NCBI RefSeq assembly: GCF_963921235.1
Contig: NC_086097.1
Location: forward strand, 106,270,001-106,334,000
Source of the DNA: Mobula hypostoma
Taxonomy: Eukaryota
Direction of reading: 5' to 3'
DNA: 64,000 nt
A program made the position numbers and the translations under genes. The notes below the pieces were generated by a model that saw nothing but the letters and a program-made list of their open reading frames with translations, was not told where the DNA came from and did not search any database. Positions 36,183 through 49,280 of the stretch are shown piece after piece. How positions within the stretch are numbered: position 1 is the first letter of the stretch; every line of letters starts with the position of its first letter.

Positions 36183-38848
36183 GCACTGCCTTATTCTGCA
36201 GATTCCAGTTCTCCCTTTTTACTTAAGTCTACTCACACTCCTGTGCCTCTCTTGTACTGCACACCATGTTTTGAGGCCTTTATGAGCCTCTGATTGTTGC
36301 AGCAGCAAGCCAACAAACAAAGCACCATTAGCCTGCCGTGCATCATCCCATCACTGCACTTAAACAAGTTGCTATCCTCTTTTCAGGCCCCAGACATATG
36401 CCACATAATGGCATTTGCTAAGCAATACCGTAGATCAAGTGCAGATGATTGATGGAGAAGGATAGAGAGTGAAAGGATAGAAGGTCACCTTTGATCAGAG
36501 TTCTGCATTGCAGCAAACACTTTTTAACAGAACATCTCAGACAGTAACACATATAAAATTGGAAAACAACTAAGATATTCTGCTGCTGCCAACTCACTCT
36601 CAAACTGAACTTATTCTTGTTCAAAACTTTACTACAGCTTTGAAATTTACAGAAAATTATAATGCAATAAAAGATTTAAACAACTGCCTTCTTGTGTTAC
36701 ATGACTGCTCAATATAGGTATACTATGGTTGATAATGCAGAAGTATTAAACAATTCCTGGCATAACCAAGTCAAAATATCTGACTGTAGCTTTCTATCAG
36801 CCAATAACTACATTATAAACAGTAATTACTTTGAAATCTGCATCTTGTTCAGAATTTGACAGCACAATGGAATTACTTTTTATCAAAGCAGAAGCCCACA
36901 CATACCAGAGGAATCCACGGGTACACTGCGCTGATTAATCCCTGCATTCCAAACGGTCTTAGTCATTTGTAATACCAATGAAAACATAATCAAGATTGTA
37001 TTTAGCATCGCTGCCAGGGAACCTTATCACTCTTAACTGCATAGAAAAGTGATGTCTTTGACCTTGAAAGATTAACTATGATTTCATGATGAGTTTGTCC
37101 TTTTATCTTGTCAGTTGTATTTTTTGGGGAGGGGTGCATAATGAGAGTTGTATCAGCTGAACACATTGTTAGAACATTTGACACACTGCGAGATAATACA
37201 GCTTTAACTTCAACCACAGTATCACCATCAGCGTATCATATGATTACTTCATTCCCATCTCCTCCTCTTCACCTTCTGCCCCAATGGAATATTCCCAATT
37301 TAGGTCTTTCATTGCTGAGATACCCAGATACTCCTGACCGAATTGATTTTGTGATCCAGTTTCTTGGTTACTCAGGTACAGATCAGAATATCACAAAACG
37401 TGAGTGTGCAGACCACAGGACTCTTAAGCTCCACAGCAGCAGGCTATTTAAAATGCTGCATTTTTGGCCTGAATTTAATTCATGTTTATCGATTAAAGCT
37501 GAAATACAGCCTTATATATTCGAACAATGGAAGATCATATATTACAAGGCTATAATCAATGCAGGATTCTATTGACAACAGGAAGCATGAGAGTGCAGCC
37601 CAAATAATTCATGAAGTAAATTAAATAAATACCATTTATAATATTAGAGACACCATACAATTGTAACTTCTTTAAAAGCAAAAGTAATGTTTTATTTCAA
37701 TTGTAAATTGTAGCTTTGTGATTGCTGTGGTGAGATAGAAGGATACAGTGATGCAGGGAAAAACGTTTGACATTGCATGGCAAATGTAAAGTAATGCTAA
37801 GCACTGCGTAATTAAAGTGCATCAATATCCCAGGCTTATAACCTGTACAGTACTATACAGGGGTTGCATATGCCACACAATCATTTTCATTTCAAGATAT
37901 GGGTCAACATCAGATAGACAGATATCAAAGCTAAATCAAGAATGTCATCCTAACAAAATGTTTTTGTTCCTTCATTATGGAGAATCCATTTATGATGCAT
38001 TGGTTGGTGCATTATTCAGTTTCCAGCAAAACACTATCTCCAATTATTCATATTTTAATGTTTACCCCAGTGGCTATTGCTTGGAGGCAATCAATATGTT
38101 GGAAACATAACCTTGGACACATTAGCAGTTACTTTTCTCTAGATAATGTTAATTAGTATGTTATCAGAGAATTGCACCTCATATTTGTATCTGTTCCTCT
38201 CAACATACTTTCTGCCCTTCTTTTGGACACCCTTGTGATACACATCCTTTCCAAACTAAATGGGTAAAAATGCGTCTTGGTGCTGGGTCCTTATGGCATT
38301 GAAAGAATGTAGCAAGGCAATTTGAATGAATGAGCCGTCTGCTTCCTTAGTTTATGCATAATTTCCCTTGCTATGATCACTATTTAAACGGCATTAATGT
38401 TCAGTACGATACTAATAATTGCAGGTAAACTTTCAAGAAGATAAATCTTTGTGAAAATTCTCCCTCTCTGTCAAATGTATTTGAGGAAAATTACAAGATA
38501 TGACTCTAGTTTGCAAACCTGCAGTACAAATCCAATTATTGTTCTTGCCACCTGGTAACATCTATGTACTCAGCAGTACACTACTTTAAAATATAATAAA
38601 TTACTTTTCTCCACTAAATAGACGCACAATTTCTCTACATAAAGTCACTATAACTTCCAAATTATTTTACAATTGCACCTCGATGGAAAGTCAGTTATTC
38701 AAAAAAATTCACCTATGCTGGCAGCCTAAAGTTGGAAACACTGATCAATAACATTAGATATTCCTGTTGATATGTCGGTAGATAGAATTTTAGAGTGTAA
38801 AAGTAAATGAAGTATTTGCACATGGAAACAATACTGTATGTCAAAGGA

Positions 38849-39147
38849 ACACACATCAAAGTTGCTGGTGAACGCAGCAGGCCAGGCAGCATCTCTAGGA
38901 AGAGGTACAGTCGACGTTTTAGGCCAAGACCTTTCATCAGGACTAACTGAAGGAAGAGTTAGTAAGAGATTTGAAAGTGGGAGGGGGAGGGGGAGATCCA
39001 TTTTTTCCTTCAGTTAGTCCTGACGAAGGGTCTTGGCCTAAAACGTCGACTGTACCTCTTCCTGGAGATGCTGCCTGGCCTGCTGCATTCACCAGCAACT
39101 TTGATGTGTGTTGCTTGAATTTCCAGCATCTGCAGAATTCCTGTTGT
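38849..39147. mobile_element. Fold-back PLE terminus element, 14-15 bp TSD; hammerhead motifs at 38909-38944 (-) and 39016-39051 (+)
   Basis: TSD CTGTATGTCAAAGGA at 38834-38848 and 39148-39162; arms are reverse complements. Confidence 0.92.
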
Positions 39148-39529
39148 CTGTATGTCAAAGGACACACTCTAAGCCCCCACATGAGATCAAAATTCTCCTG
39201 ACAGGTCTAGTTGCAGTTGCATCTAACAGAAAGAACGAGAAATAAACATAAAACTTCCTTTCAATAGATAAGGATTTCAAGGGTCCTTCATTGATGATGA
39301 ACAATATACTGTATGCAACTTTGGGGCAAGTTTTGAACCGGTGGTACTCCACATATTTCCTTTCCTCACAGTCTATTCTTACTATGACAGGTGTAGGGTT
39401 ATGTAGTGCCCCTGGTGACCTGAAAGATGTGATTGTTTAAAGGATGAATGGGATTATCAGTCAAGTCTTGCCTTGTCCCGGATTTGTCAAATATTGTGGA
39501 ACTGCACATCCAAGCAAAGGCATAACATT

Positions 39530-39832
39530 CCACCACACTGCCCCTTCTCACCAGTCTATCACTTTCCCCTGGGCCCCCTCCTTCTTCCCTCTCTTCCATT
39601 GTCCACTCTCCTCTCCTATGAGACTCTTCTTCTCCAGCCCTTGACCTTCCCACTGACATGGCTTCACCTATCACCTTTCAGTTAGCCTCCTTCCCCTTGC
39701 TCCACCTTTTTATTCTGGTGTCTTCCCCCTTCCTTCTCAGTCCTGAAGAAGGGTCTCAGCTAGAAATGTTGACTGTTTATTCATTTCCATAGATGCTGCC
39801 TGACCAGCTGAGTTCCCCCAGCATTTTGTATG
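39530..39832 (+). mobile_element. PLE 3' UTR/pLTR fragment, hammerhead relic at 39739-39774
   Basis: AGTCCTGAAGAAGGGTCTCAGCTAGAAATGTTGACT; homologous to 15833-16120. Confidence 0.8.
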
Positions 39833-40079
39833 GGACACTGCTGACTTGTACCTTGTAGGAGACTTTGTAAGATCAGGAAATGGGTCATGCACTGAAGTAC
39901 ATCAGGTGTTTTGCTTTAATCTTTTAACCACAATATATATGTTGCTGATCTTCACTCACTGACTAGCCAATAATGTCAACCAGAAGACTCATGTCCTGTC
40001 AAACTTCACTGAGGAGATGGATATGTCTTCTAATGCTGGAGATGGTCATTGTTTGGCACTTACATGCCATATACTATTT

Positions 40080-40378
40080 GGGCAGATGATAACGTAGTGT
40101 CTAGCGCGACGTTATTATAGCTCAGTGCATCGGAGTTTACAGTTCAATTCCGATGTCATCTGTAAGGAGTTTGCATGCCCCTCCCCGTGAGTGCCTGGGT
40201 TTCCTCCGGGTGCTTCGGTTTCCTCCCACAGTCTAAAGACGTACCAGTTAGTAGGTTAAATTTTCATTGTAAATTGTCTGTGATTAGGCTGGGGTTAGAT
40301 AGGCGGATTGCTGGACGGAGCGGCTTGTTGGGCTGGAAGCTCTATATCTCTAAATAAATAGATAGATTGATAGACAGT
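40080..40378 (+). mobile_element. V-SINE-like SINE
   Basis: B-box AGTTCAATTCC; core TGGGTTTCCTCCGGGTGCTTCGGTTTCCTCCCACAG; (TAAA)/(TAGA) tail. Confidence 0.85.
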
Positions 40379-42291
40379 ATATCCTATTTTAATGGACAAG
40401 GCACGCCTGGGCATTTGTTAAGATGGTCAGGAGGCTGTATCACCTGGCCTTTCTGAGTAAAGGTGATTGTGACTATTTTACTATGCCCTTTGCACTTGTG
40501 TATCGGGCTCTACCATCACTGAGGAACACCAGACTCACTAAATCTCCCCTTTCCTTCAGTTACTTCATTGTCACTTCAAATCACAAGTGGATATTCTCAA
40601 GTGCAGAACTCTGAATGCACATTGAGTGCAAAAAGATACAAAATTAAAACATTTTACTTCAACTAGAAAATCATTACAAGGAAAAATTAGGTCATTTGCA
40701 TTGGAAAAGGAATATGCATTTCACTGCAGAACTTCACTCCTATCTGAAATTATAAGAAACTGCCAATACTTGAAATGATGTGCATGTCTAAAATATTATA
40801 AACATTGTGCCTGATTCATTCAATGAGCAAATGGTTACAGCAGTGACAATACTGGCATCAAAGGTCACAGGTTGAGGCATTGCATCCCTAATTCTTCAGT
40901 TATGAAATTACAGAAGGGGGCGTCAGGTAATTTAACAGTTATATGTCCAAGAGCAATGACTGGGCTCTGATGATGTAGAGATCGATCACATTATGTTTGG
41001 TTAAGGTTGCACAGATTGTGATTTATTTGATTGATGGGGTTGAACTGAATCAGTATAAATATTTAAAGTCTTAAGAATCTCAATAGTACGTTTTCCTTTC
41101 AAACTGTCCATACTCCCTAGCCATATTTTGTTACCATTTACTGTACATAGTTAAACCTTACAATAAAAATAGAATCTACTGAGGGAAGATTGCAGCTTGT
41201 CTATCCGTCAAAGCAATTATTTTATTAATTAAGGTTTAAGATGTCAATGAATTCCTAGACAAGCCTACCCTCAAACAACCTGCATATCAATTAAATATTT
41301 ATTGAGCCTAAGCCTACTGATGCTCTTCTGTATTGGTTTAATTGACTATGGCATTTGTGGCAACAATAATTCAGCAAAGTAGATCTCGCTGCTGAAATCC
41401 ATGGAGGGTGGAGCAATGATAATTAATTCTTCCTTTTTGTAGTAAGGTACGTGGAAAAGTGAAAAGCCACCGTCAAATTATAATGTGGTTATTCTTTATA
41501 CTTTAGATTTCCTAATTTAGAATGTCAGCAAATAATACCAAAGTCATAATTTCTTGTTATTTCTCAATTGTAAGTTATACTCAAATCAGCAAATTCAGTC
41601 TAAAACTCTGTGTAAAAGCAATAATAGTGTTATAATAGGAATGTTCCTCCTGCAAGATGTGAGACGTCAGGGAACCTGATGACTACATCTGTGGGAATAT
41701 GACCCATCTGCAGCTCCTGACAGACTAGGTCAAGAAAATAGAACTGGAGCTGGAGCTGGATGTACACAGGATCTTCTGGGAAGCGGAGAGCTTCATAGAT
41801 GAGGCTTTGACTGAGGCGGTCACATTCGAGTTACAGGCTTCACCAGCAGGAAAAGTAGGGGGAGTAGGAAGTCAGTGCAGTGTTCCCTTGTGGCGTTACC
41901 TTCACTAAAAGGTATACATGTTTGGATAATATCGTGGGCAATGTTGCTTCAGGCGCCAGCAGCAGTAGTCACGTTCCTGACACTGTGATTGGCTCAGAGG
42001 GAAAGGGTGTAGTCAGACAGGGTAATTGTGATAGGAGACTTGATAGTGAGGGGGACTTGACTGATTCTGTGACTGCAGAAGAGACGCCAGAGTGGTGTGT
42101 TGCTTCTAAACCAGGTCTCTGAGCAGCTGCATCAAGTTGCTGAATGGGAAAGCAAAGGACCAGAGGTTGTTGTACATGTTGTGCAAATGATATAGTAGAA
42201 CAAGGGATGAGGTCCTACAGAATGAGTGTAGGGAGAAGTTAAGAAGCAGTACTCCTGGTGACATATGTTAGAAAGAGCAGTAATAGAAAAC

Positions 42292-42810
42292 AGGCTATAT
42301 TATGAAGAAAGCATGGCAGCGCCTCTACTTTCTTAGAAGTTTGCAAAGATTTGGCATGTCATCTAAAACTTTGATAAATTTCTATACATAAGTGATGGAC
42401 AGAATATTTATTGGTTGCATCATGTGCTGGTATAGAAGCACAAATGCCCTTGCAGTGGATATAGCCTAGTCCATCATTGGTAAAGCCCTCTCCACCCCTG
42501 AGTCCATATATATGCAGCACTGTTGTAGGAAAGCAGTATTCATCATCAAGGACCTACACCATCTAGATCATGTTCTCTTCTCGCTGCTGCCATCAGGAAG
42601 AAGGTACAGGAGCCTCAGGACCTATGCCACCTGTATTTGTACATTCTTGTCTTTTGCACATTGATTTTTTTGTCCATCCTGTTGGGGGCAGTCTTTCAGT
42701 GATTCTACTGTGTTTCTTGTATTTACCATGAATGCCAAGAAGACAATGAATCTCAGGGTTGTATATGCTGATGTATTTGTACGTTGATAATAAATTTAGT
42801 CTGAACTTTG
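42292..42810 (+). mobile_element. Rex1/Babar 3' fragment nested in the old CR1 ORF1
   Basis: KKAWQRLYFLR, IIKDLHH..LLPSGRRYRS; 3' UTR like 25310-25600; TGAACTTTG tail. Confidence 0.8.
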
Positions 42811-43351
42811 TTTTGAATTTGTGGATGAGAAGCTGGTGCAGGGACAGGGATTCATGTTCTTGGACCATTGTGATCTCTTCTGACCTCTACAAGAGGGATG
42901 GGTTGCACTTCAACCAGAAAGGGGCCAATATCATTGCAGGGAAACTTGCTCGTGCTACAAGGGAGGGTTTAACTAGATTAGCAATGGGCTGGGACTCTAA
43001 GCAGTAAGTCATAGGATAAAGCAGAAGCAGACGAGTGCAAATCCAATAGTCAGTACAGTGAGGGGGACAGTAAAGGCAGGGAAAGGAATGCCCAGTTTAA
43101 CTGCATTCATTTGAATACTTGAGGTTTAACTGGTAAGGCAAACAAATTCAGAGCATGGATTAGCTCTGAGGTCTAGATGTTGCTGGCATGACAGAAACAT
43201 GGCTGAGAGAAGGGCAAGACTGGCAGCGAATATTCCTGGACATGCTATAGAAGTGACAGAAGTATAGGTAAGTGAGAAATGGGTCTTTTTGATAAGGGAC
43301 GACAAACAGCAGTGGTTGGAGATGGCATTCTTCAGGGATTGTCCAATGAAA

Positions 43352-46300
43352 CCATAAGACCCCCCACTGAGTCTGCTCCGCCATTTTATCATGAGCTGAT
43401 CCATTCTCCCATTTAGTCCCAGTCCCCCGCCTTCTCACCATAACCTTTGATGCCCTGGCTACTCAGATACCTATCAATCTCTGCCTTAAATAGGGAGTTT
43501 GTAGAGTGCCTACGGGATGCATTTTTGGAGCAGCTTGTACGAGAGCCGATCAGGGATAAGGCTATTCTGGATTTAGTGTTGTGCAATGAACAGGATTTGA
43601 TAAGTGATCTTGAAGTAAAGGAGCCATTAGGAGGTAGTGACCATAATATGATAAGTTTTTATCTGCAAGTTGAGAGGGATAAGGGCAGATCAGAAGTGTC
43701 AGTATTGCAGTTGAACAAAGGAGACTATGGAGCCATGAGGGAGGAGCTGGCCAAAGTTGACTGGTCGGATTTCCTAGCAGAAAAGACAGTGGAACAGCAA
43801 TGGCAGATATTCTTGGGAATAATGCACAAGGTGCAAAATCAGTTCATCCAAAGGGCGGGAAGTGGCCACAGTGGTTGACAAAGGAAGTCAGAGATAGCAG
43901 AGCATTAAAAAAGAAGTATAACAGAGCTAGGGTGAGTGGGAAGACGGATGATTGGGAAATTTTTAAGGAGCAACAGAACTTAACTAAAAAGGCAATACGG
44001 GGAGAAAAAAATGAGGTATGAATGCAAGCTAGCTAGGAATATAAAGGAGGATAGCAAAAGTTTTTTTAGGTATGTGAAGAGAAGGAAGATAGTTAAGAAC
44101 AATGTTGGCCCTTGAAGAATGAATTGGGAGAAATTGTTATGTGAAACAGAGAAATGGCAGACGAATTTAATAAGTACTTTGGATCTGTCTTCACAAGCAA
44201 TCTCCCAGATGTATGGATGGGCCAAGGACATAGGGTAACAGAGGAACTGAAACAGATTGACATTAGGAAGGAAACGGTGATGAGTAGACTGATGGGACTG
44301 AAGGCTAACAAATCCCCAGGTCCAGATAGTCTGCATCCTGGGGTACTAAAGGAGGTGGTTCTGGAAATTGCGGATGCATTGCTGATCATTTTCCAATGTT
44401 CCTTAGATTCAGGATCAGTTCTGGAGGATTGGCGAATGGCTAATGTTATCCCACGTTTTAAGAAAGGAGGGAGGGAGAAAACAGAGAACGATTGCCCTGT
44501 TAGCCTAACATTAGTAGTGGGGAATATGCTAGAGTCCATTATTAAAGATGAAATAGTGGCATATCTTGATAGCAGTGATAGGATTGGGCCGAGCCAGCAT
44601 GGATTTACCAAGGATAAATCATGCTTGACTAATCTACTGGAGTTTTTCAAGGATGTAACCAGGAAGATAGACACGGGAGATCCAGTGGATGTGGTGTACC
44701 TTGACTTTCAGAAGGCATTTGGTAAGGTACCACAAAGGAGATTGGTGGGTAAAATCAGAGCTCATGGCATTGTGGGGATGATATTGACATGGATAGAAAA
44801 CTGGTTGGCAGATAGAAAGCAAAGGGTAGCAGTGAATGGGTGTTTCTTGGAATGGCAGGTGGTGACTAGTGGGGTGACACAGGGCTCGGTATTGGGGCCA
44901 CAGCTGTTTACAATTTACGTCAATGATTTAGAGGAAGGCATTGTGAATAACATCAGCAAGTTTGCTGATGATACTAAGCTGGGTGGCAGTGTGACATGTG
45001 ATGAGGATGTTAGGAGAATTCAAGGTGACTTGGATAGGCTGGGTGAATGGGCAGAAACTTGGCAGATGGCGATTAATGTGAATAAGTGTGAGGTAAGAAC
45101 AGGAAGGCAGATTATTATCTGAACGGTGTGGAGTTAGGTAAGGGTGAAATACAAAGAGATCTAGGAGTACTTGTTCATCAGTCTCTGAAGGTGAATGAGC
45201 AAGTGCAGCAGGCAGTGAAGAAGGCTAATGGAATGTTGGCCTTTATTACAAAGGGTATTGAGTACAAAAGCAAGGAAATCCTTTTGCATTTGTACAGGGC
45301 CCTGGTGAGACCACACCTGGAGTATTGTGTGCAGTTTTGGTCTCCAGGGTTAAGGAAGGACATCCTGGCTGTGGAGGAGGTGCAGCGTAGGTTCACTAGG
45401 TTAATTCCTGGTATGTCCGGACTGTCTTACGCAGGGAGGTTAGAGAGACTGGGCTTGTACACGTTGGAATTAAGGAGATTGAGGGGGGATCTGATTGAGA
45501 CATATAAGATTATTAAGGGAGTGGACAAGATAGAGGTGGAAAATATGTTCCAGATGCTGGGAGAGTCCAGTACCAGAGGGCATGGTTTAAGAATAAGGGG
45601 TAGGTCATTTAGGACAGAGTTGAGGAGGAACTTCTTCTCCCGGAGAGTTGTGGAGGTGTGGAATGTGCTGCCTCAGAAGGCAGTGGAGGCCAATTCTCTG
45701 GATGCTTTCAAGAAGGAGTTAGATAGGTATCTTATGGATAGGGGAATCAAGGGTTATGGGGACAAGGCAGGAACCGGGTATTGATAGTAGATGATCAGCC
45801 ATGATCTCAGAATGGCGGTGCAGGCTCGAAGGGCCAAATGGTCTACTTCTGCACCTATTGTCTATTGTCTATTAAATACACTCAATGACTTGGCCTCCAC
45901 TGCCACCCGTGGCAACAAATTCCATAGATTCACCACCCTCTGGCTAAATAAATTTCTTCGCATCTCTGCTCTGAATGGGCACCCTTCAATCCTTAAGTCA
46001 TGCCCTCTCGTACTAGACTTTCCCATCATGGGAAACAACTTTGCCACATCCACTCTGTCCATGCCTTTCAACATTCGAAATGCTTCTATGAGGTCCCCAC
46101 TCATTCTTCTAAACTCCAAGGAATACAGTCCAACAGCGGACAAACGTTCCTCATATGTTAACCCTCTCATTCCCGGAATCATTCTGGTGAATCTTCTCTG
46201 TACCCTCTCCAACGTCAGCACATCCTTTCTTAAATTTGAAGACCAAAACTGCCCACAGTACTCCAAGTGAGGTCTTACCAGCGCTTTATAGAGCCTCAAC

Positions 46301-48533
46301 ATCACATCCCTGCTCCTACACTCTATTCCTCTAGAAATGAATGCCAACATTGCATTTGCCCTCTTCACCACCGACTCATCCTAGAGGTTAACCTGAAGGG
46401 TATCCTGCATGAGGACTCCCAAGTCCCGTTGCATCTCAGAACTTTGAATTCTTTCCCCATTTAAATAATAGTCCGCCCATTTATATCTTCTGCCAAAGTG
46501 CATAACCATACACTTTCCAACATTGTATTTCATTTGCCACTTCCTTGCCCATTCTTCCAATCTATCCAAGTCTCTCTGCAGACTCTCTGTTTCCTCAGCA
46601 TTACCGGCCCCTCCACCTATCTTCGTATCATCAGCAAACTTAGCCACGAAGCCATCTATTCCATAATCCAAATCGTTGATGTACAATGTAAAAAGAAGTG
46701 GCCCCAACACGGACCCCTGTGGAACACCACTGGTAACCAGCAGCCAACCAGAATAGGATCCCTTTATTCCTACTCTCTGTTTCCTGCCAATCAGCCAACA
46801 CTCTATCCACGTATGTAACTTTCCCGTAATTTCATGGCCTCTTATCTTGTTAAGTAGCCTCATGTGTGGCACCTTGTCAAAGGCCTTCTGAAAATCCAAA
46901 TATACAACATCTATTGCATCTCCCTTGTCTAGCCTACTTGTAATTTCCTCAAAAAATTGTAATAGGTTCGTCAGGCAGGATTTTCCCTTCAGGAAACCAT
47001 GCTGAGTTCTACCTATCTTGTCATATGCCTCCAGGTACTCCGTAACCTCATTCTTGACAACCAACAACTTCCCAACCACCGATTTCAAGCTAACAGGTCT
47101 ATAATTTTCTTTTTGCTTCCTTGCCCCCTTCTTAAATAGCGGAGTGACATTTGCAATCTTCCAGTCCTCCGAAACCATGCCAGAATCTATCGACTTTTGA
47201 AAGATTGTTGCTAATGCCTCTGCAATCTCCACAGTTACTTCCTTCAGAACACGAGGGTGCATTCCATCTGGTCAGGGAGATTTATCTACCTTTAGACTAT
47301 TCAGCTTCCCGAGTATTTTCTGTGTCGTAATTGTGACTGCGCACACTTCTCTTCCCTGCTACCCTTGAGTGTCCGGTATACTGCTGATGTCTTCTTCAGT
47401 GAAGACTGATGCAAAATACTCATTCAGTTCCTCCGCCATCTCCTTATCTCCCATTACAATTTCTCCAGCATCATTTTCTATCGGTCCTATATCTACTCTC
47501 ACCTGTCTTTTACTCTTTATACACTTGAAAAAGCCTCTAGTATCCTCTTTGATATTATTTGTTCACTTCCTTTCATCGTTCATCTTTTCCCTCTTAATGA
47601 CCGTCTTAGTTTCCTTTTGTAAGCTTTTGAAAATTTCCCAATCCTCTGTCTTCCCACTATTTTTTGCTTCCTTGTATGCCCTCTCTTTTGCTTTAACTTT
47701 GGCTTTAACTTCTCTTATCAGCCACGGTTGCATCCTTTTTCCATTCGAAAATTTCTTCTTTTTTGGAATATACCTGTCTTGCACATTCCTCACTTCTTGC
47801 ATAAACTCCAGCCACTGCCACTCTGTCATCCTTCCCGCCAGTGTCCCTTTCCAGTCAACTTTGGCCGGCTCCTCTCTCATTCCACTATAATTTCCTTTAA
47901 TCCACTGAAATACCGACATATCGGATTTCGGCTTCTCTTTTTCAAATTTCACAGTGAACTCAATCATGTTATGATCACTGCCTCCTAAGGGTTCCTTCAC
48001 CTCAATCTCTCTAATCACCTCCGGTTCATTACACAATACCCAATCCAGTACAGCCGATCCCCTAGTGGGCTCAACAACAAGCTGTTCTAAAAAGCCATCT
48101 TGCAGACATTCTACAAATTCTCTCTCTTGAGATCCAATGCCGACCTGATTTTCCCAATCCACTCGCATGTTAAAATCTCCCACAATTATCATAACACTGC
48201 CTTTCTGACAAGCCTTTTCTATTTCCTGTTGTAATCTGTAGTCCACATCACTGCAGCTGTTTGGAGGCCTGTATATAACTGCCATCAGGGTCTTTTAACC
48301 CCTGCGATTTCTTAGCTCAACCCATAAAGATTCTGCACCTTCCGATCCTATGTCACCTTTTTCTGGTGATTTGATACCATTTCTTACCAATAAAGCCTCG
48401 CCACTCTCTCTGCCTACCTTCCTATCCTTCTGATACACCGTGTATCCTTGGACGTTCAGCTCCCAGAGACATGCATCCTTTAGCCACGTCTCAGTGATGG
48501 CCACAATATCATACCTGCCAATCTGTAGCTGTA
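43352..48533 (-). mobile_element. CR1 (APE to 3' end) nested in the old CR1 and itself interrupted
   Basis: ORFs 45862-48504 (AITETWL, YRPPNS, GDFN, SDH, RT motifs); 3' tail at 43352-43492. Confidence 0.93.
43493..45871 (+). mobile_element. CR1 of a different subfamily inserted in the minus-strand CR1, 7-bp TSD
   Basis: TSD TTAAATA at 43486-43492 and 45872-45878; RT ORFs 44154-45784; (CTATTGT)n tail. Confidence 0.93.
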
Positions 48534-49096
48534 CTAAGCCACTTAGGTTGAAATTAGAGACAAGAAGGAGAGGGTAACGCTAGAGGGAAAGTATTGTAGA
48601 ACCCAAATAGTCAGTGAGGACTTGAGAAAGACGTGTGTAGAGAAGTTGTTCATAGTTGTAAGAATAACAGTGTTGTATTAGTGGGAGATTTGAATTTTCC
48701 CAGTATTGATTTAGCCACAGAGAGTGTTAAGGGCTTGGACAGAGAGGAATTTGTGAAATGTGCCCAGGAAACTTTCCTGAATCAATACAGAAAGCCCTAC
48801 TCAAGAGAGTAGGGTGCATTACTGGAGAATCTCTCAATGCATTACCTGGGGCAGGTTGCATTGCTGGATAATCTCTGATGGAGTGAGGCAGGTCAAGTAA
48901 CAGAAGTGGCAGTCAGGGATTACGTTGGCTCTAGTGGCCATATTTCTATTAGTTTTAAAAAAGTGATGGCAAAGGATAGAACAGGTCCACAGGTTATGGT
49001 CCTAAACTGGAGCAAGGCTAATTTTGGGGGAGTTAGTCATGATCTAGCAGAGGTCGATTGGGTGAGTCTATTTGAAGGGAAAGTAACAGACAGGAC

Positions 49097-49280
49097 CTAT
49101 CTGGGCTTCCCTCGAACTCTGACTCCTCATCTCTTTTTTTCTCTAGTCCTGCTAAAGGCTCTCAGGCCAAAATGTTGAATGTACTCTTTTCCATTGATGC
49201 TGCCTGGGCTGCTGAGTTCCTCCACAATTTTGTGTGTGTTGCTTGGATTTCCAGCATCTGCAGATTTTCTCTTGTTTGTG
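49097..49280 (+). mobile_element. PLE terminus fragment nested in the old CR1
   Basis: AGTCCTGCTAAAGG...GATGCTGCCTG...CCAGCATCTGCAGATTTTCTCTTG. Confidence 0.8.

Noticed and set aside
37108..37575. 155-aa ORF in unique DNA (also 12706-13089, 30632-30973, 61936-62298)
   Set aside because: No recognisable domain, non-coding-like composition, no supporting splice structure
45791..48000. Plus-strand ORFs overlapping CR1 copies
   Set aside because: Antisense shadows of CR1 ORF2; the same applies to similar ORFs elsewhere in the window
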